Of a stretch of DNA of 64,000 nucleotides, positions 63,973-64,000 are shown in pieces. The stretch comes from Brevundimonas sp. (GTDB taxonomy: Bacteria > Pseudomonadota > Alphaproteobacteria > Caulobacterales > Caulobacteraceae). The DNA lies in assembly GCF_044336875.1 (NCBI RefSeq), contig NZ_JBIIOP010000009.1:50325-114324 (forward strand), written 5' to 3'. The position numbers were made by a program, and so were the translations under genes. The notes under the pieces are model-generated. The model was not told where the DNA came from. It made no database searches and saw nothing but the letters and a program-made list of their open reading frames with translations. Each line of letters starts with the position of its first letter. Positions within the stretch are counted from its first letter, which is position 1.

Positions 63973-64000
63973 GGCAGGGTCAGGCGGCGAGGTCGAAAAC

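Overview
High-GC alphaproteobacterial chromosome segment. Gene content, TonB-receptor style and intergenic repeats point to Caulobacteraceae, probably Brevundimonas-like (inference). About 51.5 kb is a contiguous plant-cell-wall utilisation super-cluster with three parts. (1) 1-5.4 kb: a galactose De Ley-Doudoroff-type module (partial dgoK missed by the ORF track, SSS symporter, IclR, SDR dehydrogenase, IlvD/Edd dehydratase). (2) 5.4-27 kb: a xyloglucan/galactomannan locus (GH97, a tryptophan-halogenase-family gene, TonB receptor, GH35, GH31-PA14, CE20-like esterase, GH29, GH74, GH3, GH5) with XylR-like operators. (3) 27.5-51.5 kb: a hexuronate/pectin regulon (uxaC, UxuB-type reductase, uxaA, two TonB receptors, PL10, kdgK, kduD, kduI, RpiB-fold DhuI-like isomerase, LacI, FAH-fold hydratase, exuT, GH43, two esterases) marked by seven copies of a TGACACCGGT-core operator. 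The remainder is an MFS/cyoABCD-SURF1-RegB/RegA-like block, two identical tRNA-Asn genes, a TrmH methylase, an unannotated 38-aa membrane ORF, tRNA-Cys, a degenerate pcm and tolC. Best leads are a halogenase translationally coupled to a glycosidase, co-occurring non-homologous KduI and DhuI-like isomerases, and an orphan FAH-fold enzyme in the uronate regulon. All family calls come from motif recognition by eye; no searches were run.
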